Part shown: positions 37,628 to 50,854 of the stretch, one piece after another
How the letters are laid out: every line of letters begins with the position of its first letter
Position numbering within the stretch: the first letter of the stretch is position 1
Assembly (NCBI RefSeq): GCF_001194135.2
Contig: NC_068981.1
Location: 91,983,880-92,043,522 of the forward strand
Source: Octopus bimaculoides
Lineage: Eukaryota
Reading direction: 5' to 3'
DNA: 59,643 nucleotides
Position numbers and translations under genes: made by a program
Notes under the pieces: generated by a model
Database searches by the model: none
The model's input: only the letters and a program-made list of their open reading frames with translations
Told to the model about the DNA's origin: nothing

Positions 37628-38994
37628 ATTTTGGAAAGAAGCAACGAATAAACAACAACACTTTGAAAGGCATGTAACAATTTTGAGATTGAAATATTCT
37701 GATCGAAGTACACTATCAAATCTTTCCAAATAGGAACTAACAGAGGTATATTTTGAAAGGAACTACATTAAGTGACTATTTGAATATTGGCATGAAACTA
37801 TTAGCCCCATTATTCTTCTTTGCCTAGTTTTAACTATTAAAGAATCCATCTCGAATCATAACATTTGATACCTGCCAACAACTCTAGTTATTCTAGCATT
37901 ATGTTATTTGAAATAGAACAAAGATAAATGGTATAAATAGGTACAAGGAATTGTATGAGAGAATCAAACTATGATATCTACTAAACCGTTTAGACAGAGA
38001 CTTTACTTTTAATCGGCCTGATATTTTTGTCAAGGACCTCCTGGAAAGCAATTTGCTCTTAATCGAAATGTCGGTCTTAACAGATGATAATGTACTTGTA
38101 AATGAAATTATGAAATTGTCCACATATAAAATCCGGAAGCAGAGATTACGAGAATCTGGGGTTCGAAAAGAGACAAAATCCATTAATATAATTGAAATAT
38201 ATTAATAAATCGTTTCTCCATCTGTCCTTTTGTCTCTTCGTCTATTTCTTTCTTTGCTGCTTGTCCGTCCCCCAAGAACTGTTGTAAAGATAACGATACC
38301 GCTGTGTTATAAAATGGTCGGTTTACTGACATCCACATCAAAGATAATTATTGATGATGATGATGCATTCTCTATGTCTCTGGTTGTGTTTGGCTGAAAT
38401 TCTGTGAGGTCACTTAATTAGCAGAACTGCTAATGACTCAGGTCCATCTACATTAAGTAGAAAATGGTTCACAGTTGAACTGAATTTTGTCATAACTTTG
38501 CACGAGAATATTAAGGGAATATATTAAACAATGATAAATCATTTGCCGAGAACAATTTACTAAATGTGTTACTCAATACTTAGGTTTTAAATTAACTTCA
38601 TATAAATTTTCTTCATGGTCTATAACATGATAAAAATATACGTGATAAAATTCGCTGTTCACATATAGGATATAGTTATATAAATAATTACTTATATTTC
38701 GTATTTCAAATAGAAAGCTTCGTCGATGGATTGGCAGAATCGTTAAAGCGTAGAATAAACTTCTTTGCGGTGTTTACTTATGAACGTTTTAAGTTCAAAT
38801 CCTGCACACCACACACCAGTGTAAAATTAGACTTACGTCACTCGTGCTGCTAAACTATAATGTAAAAATCAAGTACGGAGGTACAGTAATTGGTCCGCTG
38901 CTCGCCTTGAAATAATTCTGTCGTTATGCCGATGTAAGAAATTCCTAAAAATGCAAGACTGATTTTTCAAATTAATTTTCTTTCTTTCTTTTTT

Positions 38995-39361
38995 TTACTT
39001 GTTTCAGTTATTTGACTGCGATCATGCTGGGGTACCGACTTGAAGGGTTTCGGTCGAGCAAATCCATCCTGGGACTTAATTTTGCAAAGCCTAGTAGTTA
39101 TTACACCGGTATCTTTTGCCGAACCGCTAAGTTACAAGAACGTAAACACGCCAACGCTGGTTTCCAATCAGTGGTGGCACACACACATACATGCATATCT
39201 ATACGACGGGAGTCTTTCAGTTTCCGTCCAAAAAATCCATTCAGTCTTCGACCCGAGGCTATAGTAGACGACACTCACCCAAGGTACCACGCAGTAGGAC
39301 TGAACCCAGAACCATGTGTTTGAGAAGGAAGCTCTCTACCACACAGCCATGCCCGCACCTA
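38995..39361 (-). mobile_element. SINE family A, near full length
   Basis: Reverse complement of the 1648-2101 pattern. Confidence 0.85.
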
Positions 39362-39819
39362 TAATTTGACAATAGGTTTTGCAACAATTGATATAGTTCC
39401 TTACGTACAGAATGTAACATCTGCAAAAGTAACTTATCCGTTCATCCATACGTATCCAGGAAATAAGGTATTAATATCGTACAGGATTTAATTCAAACTA
39501 TGAAAATTTCCTGCCAAATTTTAAGTCTTCTGCTTATGACAGTATATTTATCACCAGTTGCTTTCCACACTGTCTTCCATAAAAATCTCTTCTTCTTAAT
39601 AAGAGACGATATTTTTGAAAGGGTTAAAAGAAGGATGGAGTTCAATACACAGCCAGAGCACCAAAACACTAGGACTTAAACACACATACACATATACACN
39701 NNNNNNNNNNNNNNNNNNNNNNNNNNNNNNNNNNNNNNNNNNNNNNNNNNNNNNNNNNNNNNNNNNNNNNTATATATATATATATATATATATGCATATG
39801 CATCTCGAGACATTCCCAC

Positions 39820-40037
39820 TTATAAGGGCCGATTTCCCGGTTTCAATGACATATAAATTCCCTACCAAAGCGGGACGCCGGTCCGTCGCAGGATTATTCA
39901 CTTTTGCCAGCTGATTGGACTGGACCAACGCAAAATATGGTGTTTTGCTCAAGAATTAACGCGTCACCCGGTCCAGGAATCGAAACCACAATCTTACAAT
40001 CGTGAGTCCAACACCCTATCAAGCCACGCGCTTCCAT
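39820..40037 (-). mobile_element. SINE family C
   Basis: Minus-strand head tggaagcgcgtggctt...gtttcgattcctggaccgggtgacgcg; homologous to 11455-11682. Confidence 0.8.
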
Positions 40038-40049
40038 CATATATATACG

Positions 40050-40155
<106 letters not shown>

Positions 40156-40647
40156 CGTGTGTGTATGTGTGTAGTGTTTGTGTATGGTGTGCTTGTGTTT
40201 GTGCGTGTATTCGTCATACAGATACTACTATCTATAAGTCTTGGATACATTGTAATTCGGAGCAATAGAAATAGAAAATAGAAACGAAAGATAGATAAAT
40301 GCGTGCACGCAGGTAATGAGTGACGCACTGAAAGAAGTAGTGAGAGAGCGCAACAAAAATAAGACTACTGAAAAAAGAAAAAAAAAAGGAAGAAAGATTT
40401 CTAATCTAAGTTAATGAGAAAAACACAAAACGTCTTCCTATTTACACATTAGACCATGAATTTTGATGTATATAACCAGAATATTCACTTCATCCCTGTA
40501 TATGAGAATTGTCATTTAGATAAGTGATACTAATTAACTGCTTTTTATTTGAGAAATATACTTAGAATCAAACAATTATAGATTCATTAGCATAATAAAA
40601 AAAAACAACTTGACGTAAAGTTATCATGAAATATATCTCTATATATA

Positions 40648-40912
40648 GAAAATAGCAAAAACTAAAAATCTAAAAGCCACTTTCATTATGCAGCTGAAGA
40701 GTACATTTTCATTGTATTTTCTGTGGTGTTCTCACTACATGAATAAATGGAGCTTGTACGAAACGTACGTACTGCTATAACCTATTGAATTTTTGTTGCT
40801 TAACTTCAAATTTTATTCACCAAATCTCTTGATTTTGTTTTTAGTTTTTATCCTACCAAATTCTGGTGCCTCAAGCATTTTAAGTACCACATTTAATCTT
40901 TTGATTAAATCT
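40648..40912 (+). mobile_element. Short hammerhead-bearing repeat (family H1, divergent subfamily) abutting (ATT)n
   Basis: Contains an intact HHR; the 3' part AAATTCTGGTGCCTCA...TTAAGTACCA matches 1365-1632. Confidence 0.7.
40686..40780 (+). ncRNA. Type I hammerhead ribozyme motif, intact, extended stem II
   Basis: TTATGCAG-CTGAAGA-GTAC-[attttcattgta...tacatgaataaat]-GTAC-GAAA-CGTACG-TA|CTGC-t-ATAA: 8-bp stem I with one bulge, all core bases canonical. Confidence 0.8.
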
Positions 40913-40913
40913 A

Positions 40914-40950
<37 letters not shown>

Positions 40951-41133
40951 NNNNNNNNNNNNNNNNNNNNNNNNNNNNNNNNNNNNNNNNNNNNNNNNNN
41001 NNNNNNNNNNNNNNNNNNNNNNNNNNNNNNNNNNNNNNNNNNNNNNNNNNNNNNNNNNNNNNNNNNNNNNNNNNNNNNNNNNNNNNNNNNNNNNNNNNNN
41101 NNNNNNNNNNNNNNNNNNNNNNNNNNNNNNNNN

Positions 41134-41515
41134 TGTGTGGTAAGTAGCATGCTTACCAACTACATTGTTCCGGGTTAATTCCCACTGCGTGGCACCTTGG
41201 GCAAGTATCTTCTACTATAGCCTCGTTCCAACCAAACCTCTGTGAGTGAATTTGGTAGACGGAAACTGAAAGAAGCCCGTCGTATATATATATGTATATA
41301 TATATGTGTGTATGTGTGTGTATATGTTTGTGTGTCTGCGTTCGTTCCTCCCACTATCACTTGACAACAGGTGGTGGTTTGTTCACGTCCCCGTAACTTA
41401 GCGGTTCGGCAAAAGTGACCGATCGAATAAGCACTAGGCTTCCAAAGAATAAGTCCTGGGGTCGAGGTGCTCCAGCATGGCCGCAGTCAAATGACTGAAA
41501 CAAGTAAAAGAGTAT
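41134..41515 (+). mobile_element. SINE family A
   Basis: Same body and tail as 1648-2101; the head begins at the gap edge. Confidence 0.85.
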
Positions 41516-42462
41516 ATATATATCGTTCTGTTCATTTGCACTTATCCTAACTTCTTTTGATATGGCTGCAACGTTACAGTGGAGACATAGAACTGTCTGA
41601 AACAATCGCATGATTCATAACTGAAACTTCCATTTTTGCTATTAGACTAAAATTTTCACTGGTAAATGTCTCTGTCAGGCTAAGTTTAATGGAATGAAGC
41701 GTAGCGACATTAGAGAAATTGTAGAGAAAATGAACTCACGATCTTGAATGTAATTCACTTTATCGTGAGGAACTAAAATGCGACTGGTAAACAATTTAAA
41801 TATATACATACATACATACATACATATAACTGTTAGTGTATACACACATACGCATATACATGGTGCGGCAGACGTAACGCCCTATTTGCATTTAATAACT
41901 TTTATAGTATATAAATGTGTATGAATTAATTTTTTTTTTTGAAAACAAATTTATTGCATTACTTAAAGAAACCAAGAATAAACTAAAGAGAAAAACGCAG
42001 AAGTTTTAGGAAATAAAAACGAAACTAGAAAACTCAAATACAAATGAGCAGTATTTATGCTGCAAACTGTATATATATATATATNNNNNNNNNNNNNNNN
42101 NNNNNNNNNNNNNNNNNNNNNNNNNNNNNNNNNNNNNNNNNNNNNNNNNNNNNNNNNNNNNNNNNNNNNNNNNNNNNNNNNNNNNNNNNNNNNNNNNNNN
42201 NNNNNNNNNNNNNNNNNNNNNNNNNNNNNNNNNNNNNNNNNNNNNNNNNNNNNNNNNNNNNNNNNNNNNNNNNNNNNNNNNNNNNNNNNNNNNNNNNNNN
42301 NNNNNNNNNNNNNNNNNNNNNNNNNNNNNNNNNNNNNNNNNNNNNNNNNNNNNNNATATATATATGTATATATATGTATATATACATATATATATGTATA
42401 TGTGTGTGTATGCATATTTATACATACACACAGAGACACACACACACACTCGTATATATAGG

Positions 42463-42497
<35 letters not shown>

Positions 42498-42875
42498 CAG
42501 GAATAGAGACTGACTAGCATACAGAGAGACCAGTTAGTGTACAGTACGTGTTTTGAGGTTGCCCTGATGAAGAGAAAAATGCTTAGCAAGAAGACAGCTG
42601 AGCTAAAATTTACTAAACATATTAGCGGTCATGTTTTGTGTAATAAACCATATTGATATTAAAATATAGTCTTCGTATGAGTAGCAAAAAAGTATATTAG
42701 GATTATACATAGAACTTAAACGCAAAATGTAACAATTACCTAAAATATCAACTACACTTATTATACATGATATAATTATTGTTGCGTTTATTCCGTTCTC
42801 AGAAATAATTTACAGTATCAGTTTTTAATAAATAAATTATATATTGGAAATGATAGACTGAATTTAATTTTGTAT

Positions 42876-43224
42876 ATCATTGTCGCCATCGGCGGCAGCT
42901 TTACTCTTGTCTGAGAATTTAGTTTTTTCCTTGCTCAACGCTTCCTTAATGGTGATTAAGTTGATGGTTAAGTTGACCAATTTTTGTATAGAAGAGTCAA
43001 TGTCATTGACTGCGTGGTAATGTTGGTGGAGGATGAGGTTGATTTTGACGAGTATTTCTTTCCTATCATTTGATTTCTTCCTTTTCTCTTCTCGTGGTAT
43101 CGAACTTTTTGGCTCCGATGGTAATGGAACACTGCCACTTGGTACTGTTTTGGACTTGTGTTTCAAATGATTTAGGTTCAAGTCCAGTGGATTTCAGTGT
43201 GTTATGAAGTGTTCCTTGTATCTG
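42876..43224 (-). pseudogene. RTE-clade LINE 3'-terminal remnant
   Basis: A frame different from the listed 105-aa ORF reads TLHNTLKSTGLEPKSFETQVQNSTKWQCSITIGAKKFDTTRREKEEIK**ERNTRQNQPHPPPTLPRSQ*H*LFYTKIGQLNHQLNHH*, i.e. an RTE C-terminus with a decayed CxxC...IGLxxH motif. Confidence 0.75.
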
Positions 43225-44429
43225 ATACGTTAATACAATGCTATCGATATAAACATGTTGATGTTTTACAGATCTTGATGGTGTGTGTTAAAATATAACA
43301 AATGAAGAAGAAAATTAAAAGCAGGCAATGAACTAGAATATAACATATTCAGTTTGAATCTTTTTCAAAGAAAATTTTTCCAGAAATTTTGCAAAATATA
43401 TGACGTCATTGCTATAATATAATGTTTGAGACGCTTAAGGCATTATTATAGAAGGAAACGTGTATCGCTCACATACTAATCAATGCTGTTACTCAAACTT
43501 AGATTCTTAACAAAAACTCATGCGTGAGCAAAGATTTAAAGAATATTAAAACAAGTTCTATACAGGATCTACTTTTTTTAAATGATATTATTTACATCAT
43601 GATCTGCCGTCTTTATTATTACTAGCATTAATTTTCTTTTACCGCATTTCTTCAAATTAGAATTCAGCTCGAAACTCTTTTATACTTAAAATTCACTACG
43701 TCTGGTATATGCATCTCAGAAACCAAATCGATGAGAATTTTTACGATCTCCTTAGACATGGTATAAATATTATATAAATGTTCCAAATCGCATCCTGCTG
43801 TCTTAGTAGGCAAAGTTACGTTGCATAATCTAATCGAGCAGAACGGAACAGTTTTGATAATCATCGCTATAGCTCCTGTAATCAAAACCTTCTTCATCTA
43901 TCGCAAAGTTGGAGATAAACAGTGACCTAGTAAAATGACCTGCGCTTGTAGTGTCGGTTACATCTTTAACAAATTCTCTCTAATCACGAGGAATTGATTT
44001 GCATATTCAAATCGTGATTACACGTTCTAGAATGTCGATGATCTAATATCATGAAGTCAGTAAACTCCGAGAATGTTAACGTCCCTCCTACACTTATGAA
44101 CGCATTAAGATTTACGATAAAATAAATTAATAAATATGATAAATAGTTTCTAATGCCATTTAAAATAGCCTAATGATCCGACGTGTCACGTCTTTCACTT
44201 AAAACGTTAGGCCTTGACATACAATGATATGAAAAGCCTATTAATTTACTTTGTAGGATGAAACTCAATGATTGCATAAAATATTATGCTACTCTTTTAT
44301 ACTTTCAAAATAGCAGTTGTCATATCGTTGCATATGGCGCCTAAAGTATATAATCTAATTAACTCATACTTTACAGGCACCGGCCATCAGATTTAGATCA
44401 TTAGTCTATATTATAGTTTTATGCGGAAT

Positions 44430-44555
<126 letters not shown>

Positions 44556-44559
44556 CATT

Positions 44560-44670
44560 TCGACTATAGGCACAAGGCATGAAATCTGGGGGATGGAGAT
44601 AGTCGATTACATCGACCCCAGTGCGTAACTGGAACTTATCGACCCCGAAGGATGAACGGTAAAGTGAAAT
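44560..44670 (-). mobile_element. SINE family B, 3' part
   Basis: ggcacaaggc...agtcgattacatcgaccccagtgcgtaactgg...atcgaccccgaaggatgaa. Confidence 0.8.
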
Positions 44671-44689
44671 TAGGAGAGATCCTACGTAA

Positions 44690-45003
44690 ACAGCTAATTG
44701 GTTAGTAAGAAGTATTACTTACCTACTCCCGAAGAATAACGAAACCAAATTTTCCCAAAACTATGGGCCCCTGACATGTCTATCGAGCACGTATAAAATT
44801 TTAACATTCATCCTCGTGGAAAACACATATTAATTTATGGAACAGAACAATATTTTCACCACTGAACAAAAAGGGTACTGACGAGACTCATATGGATGCT
44901 AAGACCAACTCTTAATTAATCGTATGACCCTTGAGAACTGTCATAACAAACGCAGAAATCTCAGTTTTGCATCGAATGATTATAAAAATGCTTTCAATGT
45001 CTA
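44690..45003 (+). pseudogene. R4/Dong-like (restriction-like endonuclease clade) LINE reverse-transcriptase fragment
   Basis: One frame with stops: ITYLLPKNNETKFSQNYGPLTCLSSTYKILTFILVENTY*FMEQNNIFTTEQKGY*RDSYGC*DQLLINRMTLENCHNKRRNLSFASNDYKNAFNV, resembling NYRPITCL...EQKGC...KDQLLI...WIDYKKAFDSV. Confidence 0.75.
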
Positions 45004-46759
45004 GAAAAATGCTTCGAGCACCAAAATGTTGCAAAGAGACACATGAGAGTGAGATATAGTGCTAGTATATATGGGTGAATATATCAATATTAAATATTTC
45101 TCGTTTGCAGCGGCGCCTAAGATACGTGACTAATAATATAAGGCATTGCTTGTTAAACGGTCAGTAGCTGTTAAATGCTAAAGAATTTTCGGGCTATGAT
45201 TAGGAATCCAAGTATTAGTAATGTTATACGCAGGTTCTCCTGATAGATTTTCAGAGATTAGGAGACAAACATTTGTAGCATCACTGACGTCTTTGCTTAG
45301 ATATTTTTCTAAAGTAGATAAGACGACGATTTTTAATCACTTCATATCTATAAAAAAATGTACATATATGCTGTTGTAGACAAAATGCCCACACACCGAT
45401 TGGAAAATATTTTTAATACATCTGTTTATAAAATCACTGAAAGGTTAGGTTGGGTTACAAGTTGCGTGTATGACATGTGCAAGTAATATTGTTGAGTCAT
45501 ATACGCAAAGAGGTGTTTGGTTAGATGTACAAGATAATGTGCTCGAGACACAAGACCGTGGCGAACATAGCTAAATGTTGTAGTACACCAGGGCAAAACT
45601 CATATGAGCCTGAAGAATAGGATGACGTCGGTTCACATTATATAAAGAACCTAATAACTTTCGACTGAAATGAAAAGTGGCAGATTGAGCCAAATTGAAA
45701 AATCATCTATCAAGTCTTCATGACAGACACGGTTGAAAGCTAACTGTTTGGTAATAATTTTGCTTACGCATTCGTAAATCTTTTCCTCGTCGGTTGATTT
45801 TCTAAATTTCCTTCCGGATTGTGTCTTTTGAACTGTTGTTCACGTCTTATATTGTTAATACTTTCGTATTGAAAATTTAATTACCATAACGATTTATGAT
45901 ATTTCATTCGGATCTCAGCAACAAGACTGAAGTGTAAGCACTAATTCAATTTCTTACACATCTTCTAGACCAAATCTTTTGACATATTTCATCAGTTAAA
46001 ATGTCTGAAACATTTCTTAATTTATTATCAACAGTTAAACTGCAAGACATAATGGATAAATGCATTTTTCTTTTATCTTCTCAGCATTCAAGGAAATTGA
46101 GCACTACTGGTCGCAACGAAAACTAAAGAAGTGTTTCGCCTTAATATACAAAGCAATCAGGTAAGCTACACAGAAACACACGCATACATGTGTGTGTATC
46201 CGAGTGTATCCAAGTTTGTGCATGCATCTGTTATAGTTTCTGCCAAACGAAATCATCAATGCATTTTGTTGATATATTCGGTACTTCACAAACAAAGATA
46301 AAGCCTCCTCAGCTTTTATTATGGTGTCTGTCCGTTTACATAAATGTTAGTCTCTTTTCATATCAGAAAGAAAATACTTCTTTGTCACATTACTTTTATT
46401 ACAATTGTTTTGTTTAAAAGAGCTTCCGATAAACTACACTTGCTTGTTTGCATTTGCGTGATTAAACAACACAACATTTGGTATTAATAATAAGTATTGT
46501 ATTGTATCCTATGTTGCATTCATAAAGTATATGTAACGCTATTGTATCTACAACGTTTCTAAGTAACAGTCATTGTAAGAATCACTAATACTTTAACATA
46601 TTAATACCTTTCTCAAGCACGAAGGTAAGCGTAAATAATATCACATACATTCATGTCAATCTAATCATGTAACCAACATAAATAAAACACAAGATTTCCA
46701 CTAGGAATTCAAATTGTGTCTATAACTGAGTATTCAATGTGTGGTGAATATTGTTACTA

Positions 46760-46895
46760 ATGTAGGCACAAGGCCTGAAAATTGGGGGTGGATGATAGTC
46801 GTGTACATCAACGTCAGCGCTTGAGCGATGCTCTATTTTATCGAACCACTAAGAATGATAGGCAACGTTGACCTCAACGAGATTTGATCTGAGTA
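46760..46895 (-). mobile_element. SINE family B, degenerate
   Basis: taggcacaaggcctgaaaattggggg...atagtcg...ggcaacgttgacctc...gatttga. Confidence 0.65.
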
Positions 46896-47795
46896 TTTAA
46901 AAGATCGTTTTATATAACTTAAAATAATAGAACTCATGCCAACATTTTACGGACTGCATCTTATATAATAACTCACATTTCTTTGGAATTGAAATGCATT
47001 TCTAAAGTTAATTTTTTTTCCTGTTTCGTTTTGTCATAAGCTTTTGAAAACGTCTGTTTATAATTTTAATTTTATGGCTTAAAATTTTTTTTGCTTTATA
47101 CTTAATTTTCTTGTAACTCCAAATTTATACACCAACAACTAAAACGGAAGTAATTGTAACAGACGTATTTTATTCAGTGCAAGCTCTGTGGTAAGTAGCA
47201 TTTCTCATATTTTAGGCTGATTCATATTCTGATGAAAAGTTGTCTACTTATTTCATTATATTAGTATGCCGCATGGTGCGTGCCACGAGAGTAAAATGGT
47301 CTTGGAAGTTCAACTCCAGCAACCACCAGTGATTTTGCTGCTCACGGAAAAGAAAATGTTGAAGGAATCTGAAGTGGCTTGAACTAAAATAGCACATCTA
47401 ATTGGATAATCAAAATGCTTTGAAAGAAAAACAGCTAGTCCCTCAGTACAACACGTCTTAAAGGTAGCTTCGATCATAAAGAGAATAAAAATGTCTACTT
47501 CTAATACTGTACCTTGTTAGTATTTCTAAATTTCGAAAGGACATACTGGGTATGAGAGTTTTAGTTTGGAGATTGTGAGGAGAGATGTGAATGGGTTGAA
47601 GTGAATTTAGGAACTAATTGTTGGCAGAATATTTAGTAAGAACATCAGGATTACGCTTGATGGTAGCATTACACTGGATATTAAAATTGGTGCGTGTGTT
47701 TATTACCGGCATAATGCCTCTCCCAAGGTTGAATAGTATTTCTTTCAACACACGTATTCACATCAAGAATATTGAACACCAAATACACATACGAA

Positions 47796-47844
<49 letters not shown>

Positions 47845-47915
47845 NNNNNNNNNNNNNNNNNNNNNNNNNNNNNNNNNNNNNNNNNNNNNNNNNNNNNNNN
47901 NNNNNNNNNNNNNNN

Positions 47916-47954
<39 letters not shown>

Positions 47955-48701
47955 CATATATACACACACACATAGATAGATATATATATATGCGTATAAA
48001 TATGTGTACATGTGCGTGTTTGATTGCGAGTGTGCGTGTGTAATGTGCGCAAGCATTTAGTGCACCGCAGCATTCCCATGCACCTGGAAACATAAACACA
48101 CGCGCGCGCGCGTACACACACACGTATATATATATTGAATAAGGCTATAGAAAGTCGTCAGAAATACTGTTAGCTTTCTCCGTAGCAAAATTAGTAGAAC
48201 ATGTGCACGGAAAGCAGGTAAAACATGAATATTTCTCTTATATGAGAGTATCATTCTTTATACACACGTACACGCGCACCCACAAACACACACGTATAGG
48301 TATATATATATATATTCATGCACAGATGATATATATTTATATACATACGCATACATATACATATATATAAAGGCATATACATGAATATCTGTGTGTGTGT
48401 CTCAGTGAGTATATGTGCGTGAGTGTATGTGTATGAGTGTGTGTAAATGCATTCTGCGTGCTTAAAACGCAGTTTTCACTTCATGACGCCTCACTAAATA
48501 ATGTGGCGTAATTAATTCCTTCATGGAATTCTGTTATTGAATTATAAATCTGTCCATTTCTATGAGTACACTTAGTCGAGAAGTAGAGTAGAAGAATTAT
48601 GTAACCATTTGGTCGTCGAAATGAAATATATATAACAGTATGTAAACGTAGCGGCAATATAGTTATGAAGAACAGTGAGGTGTAGAAGAAAAAAATAAGC
48701 C

Positions 48702-48740
<39 letters not shown>

Positions 48741-49062
48741 NNNNNNNNNNNNNNNNNNNNNNNNNNNNNNNNNNNNNNNNNNNNNNNNNNNNNNNNNNNN
48801 NNNNNNNNNNNNNNNNNNNNNNNNNNNNNNNNNNNNNNNNNNNNNNNNNNNNNNNNNNNNNNNNNNNNNNNNNNNNNNNNNNNNNNNNNNNNNNNNNNNN
48901 NNNNNNNNNNNNNNNNNNNNNNNNNNNNNNNNNNNNNNNNNNNNNNNNNNNNNNNNNNNNNNNNNNNNNNNNNNNNNNNNNNNNNNNNNNNNNNNNNNNN
49001 NNNNNNNNNNNNNNNNNNNNNNNNNNNNNNNNNNNNNNNNNNNNNNNNNNNNNNNNNNNNNN

Positions 49063-49111
<49 letters not shown>

Positions 49112-50271
49112 AAGAGAAAGAGAAAGAAAGAAAGTGTGTGTGTGTGCGCGCGTGCGTATGTGTGTTTATAAGTGTGCGTTCGAAAAGACTCCAGAGAAAT
49201 TGAGATTTCAGAAAAATATTTGAAACTTGTATCTATGATGGGCTTTATACGTAGTTAGTGCTGAGTGAACATTGACAGACATTTCATCTTTGGCCAGGTT
49301 GGACTTGGCTGTTACCTACTAAGTTTTTTCTGGTCAAAAATATAAATGACGAAATTGAATAATTTCAAGGATATTTAAATGTTGTTTCTATTTGGCCAAG
49401 AGCGTCCACGTGTATTAGTAATGATGGGCAGAATATTCTTTGCATATAATACATTCAATATGTATATATATATATATATACCCATCTTCCCCCTCTCTTA
49501 CATCCACCTTCCCCTTCCCCCTTCACCGTCAACACCCCCTCATAAGCTCATCCCACCACACACCAACACACTCCTACTCTACCTTCCCACTCCACCCCAT
49601 CCAATTCCTTACACCCACCACCCACCCCTACCCACAGACCCCCTACCTCTNNNNNNNNNNNNNNNNNNNNNNNNNNNNNNNNNNNNNNNNNNNNNNNNNN
49701 NNNNNNNNNNNNNNNNNNNNNNNNNNNNNNNNNNNNNNNNNNNNNNNNNNNNNNNNNNNNNNNNNNNNNNNNNNNNNNNNNNNNNNNNNNNNNNNNNNNN
49801 NNNNNNNNNNNNNNNNNNNNNNNNNNNNNNNNNNNNNNNNNNNNNNNNNNNNNNNNNNNNNNNNNNNNNNNNNNNNNNNNNNNNNNNNNNNNNNNNNNNN
49901 NNNNNNNNNNNNNNNNNNNNNNNNNNNNNNNNNNNNNNNNNNNNNNNNNNNNNNNNNNNNNNNNNNNNNNNNNNNNNNNNNNNNNNNNNNNNNNNNNNNN
50001 NNNNNNNNNNNNNNNNNNNNNNNNNNNNNNNNNNNNNNNNNNNNNNNNNNNNNNNNNNNNNNNNNNNNNNNNNNNNNNNNNNNNNNNNNNNNNNNNNNNN
50101 NNNNNNNNNNNNNNNNNNNNNNNNNNNNNNNNNNNNNNNNNNNNNNNNNNNNNNNNNNNNNNNNNNNNNNNNNNNNNNNNNNNNNNNNNNNNNNNNNNNN
50201 NNNNNNNNNNNNNNNNNNNNNNNNNNNNNNNNNNNNNNNNNNNNNNNNNNNNNNTGTACACACATATAATC

Positions 50272-50610
50272 TGGCACTCCGTCCGTTACGACGACGTGGG
50301 TTCCAGTTGACCCGATCAACGGAAGAACATGCTCGTGAAATTAACGTGCATGTGCCGGAACACGTGTACTTATCACATAGTCCTCATGGAAATTCAGTGT
50401 GTGTGTTTATTGAGCGAAAACACCTAAAGCTCCACGAGGCTCCGGCAGGGGATGGTGGCGAACCCTGCTGTACTCTTTCGCCCCAACTTTCTCTCACTCT
50501 TTCTTCCTGTTTCTTGCGTAAGGTTGCGATGGACTGCCGTCCCGTCCAGCTGGGCGGAGCACATACGCCATAGAAACCGGGAAACCGGGCTCATGAGCCT
50601 GGCTAGGCTT
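50272..50610. mobile_element. SINE family D copy with internal inversion, followed by another SINE-tail fragment
   Basis: 50272-50396 matches the 3' part of 29952-30292 in the same orientation; 50401-50516 matches its middle part in the opposite orientation. Confidence 0.8.
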
Positions 50611-50798
50611 GAAAAGGGCGAAAGAAAGAATATATATATATGCATGTATGTATATATGTATGGATGTATATATAAATACACACACACACACACACAGACA
50701 CACACACACACACACATATATATGCACGTATTTGTGTATGAATGTAGGTAATAATATACATGTGTATGTGTGTGTGTATCTATCTATCTATCTATCTA

Positions 50799-50854
<56 letters not shown>

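Noticed and set aside
42864-43181. 105-aa ORF that looks like a coiled-coil host exon
   Set aside because: An alternative frame gives a decayed RTE C-terminus with zinc-finger remnant, so this ORF is a shadow of a LINE fragment.
43664-43897. 77-aa ORF with a signal-peptide-like start
   Set aside because: No recognisable family or splice context; compatible with chance.
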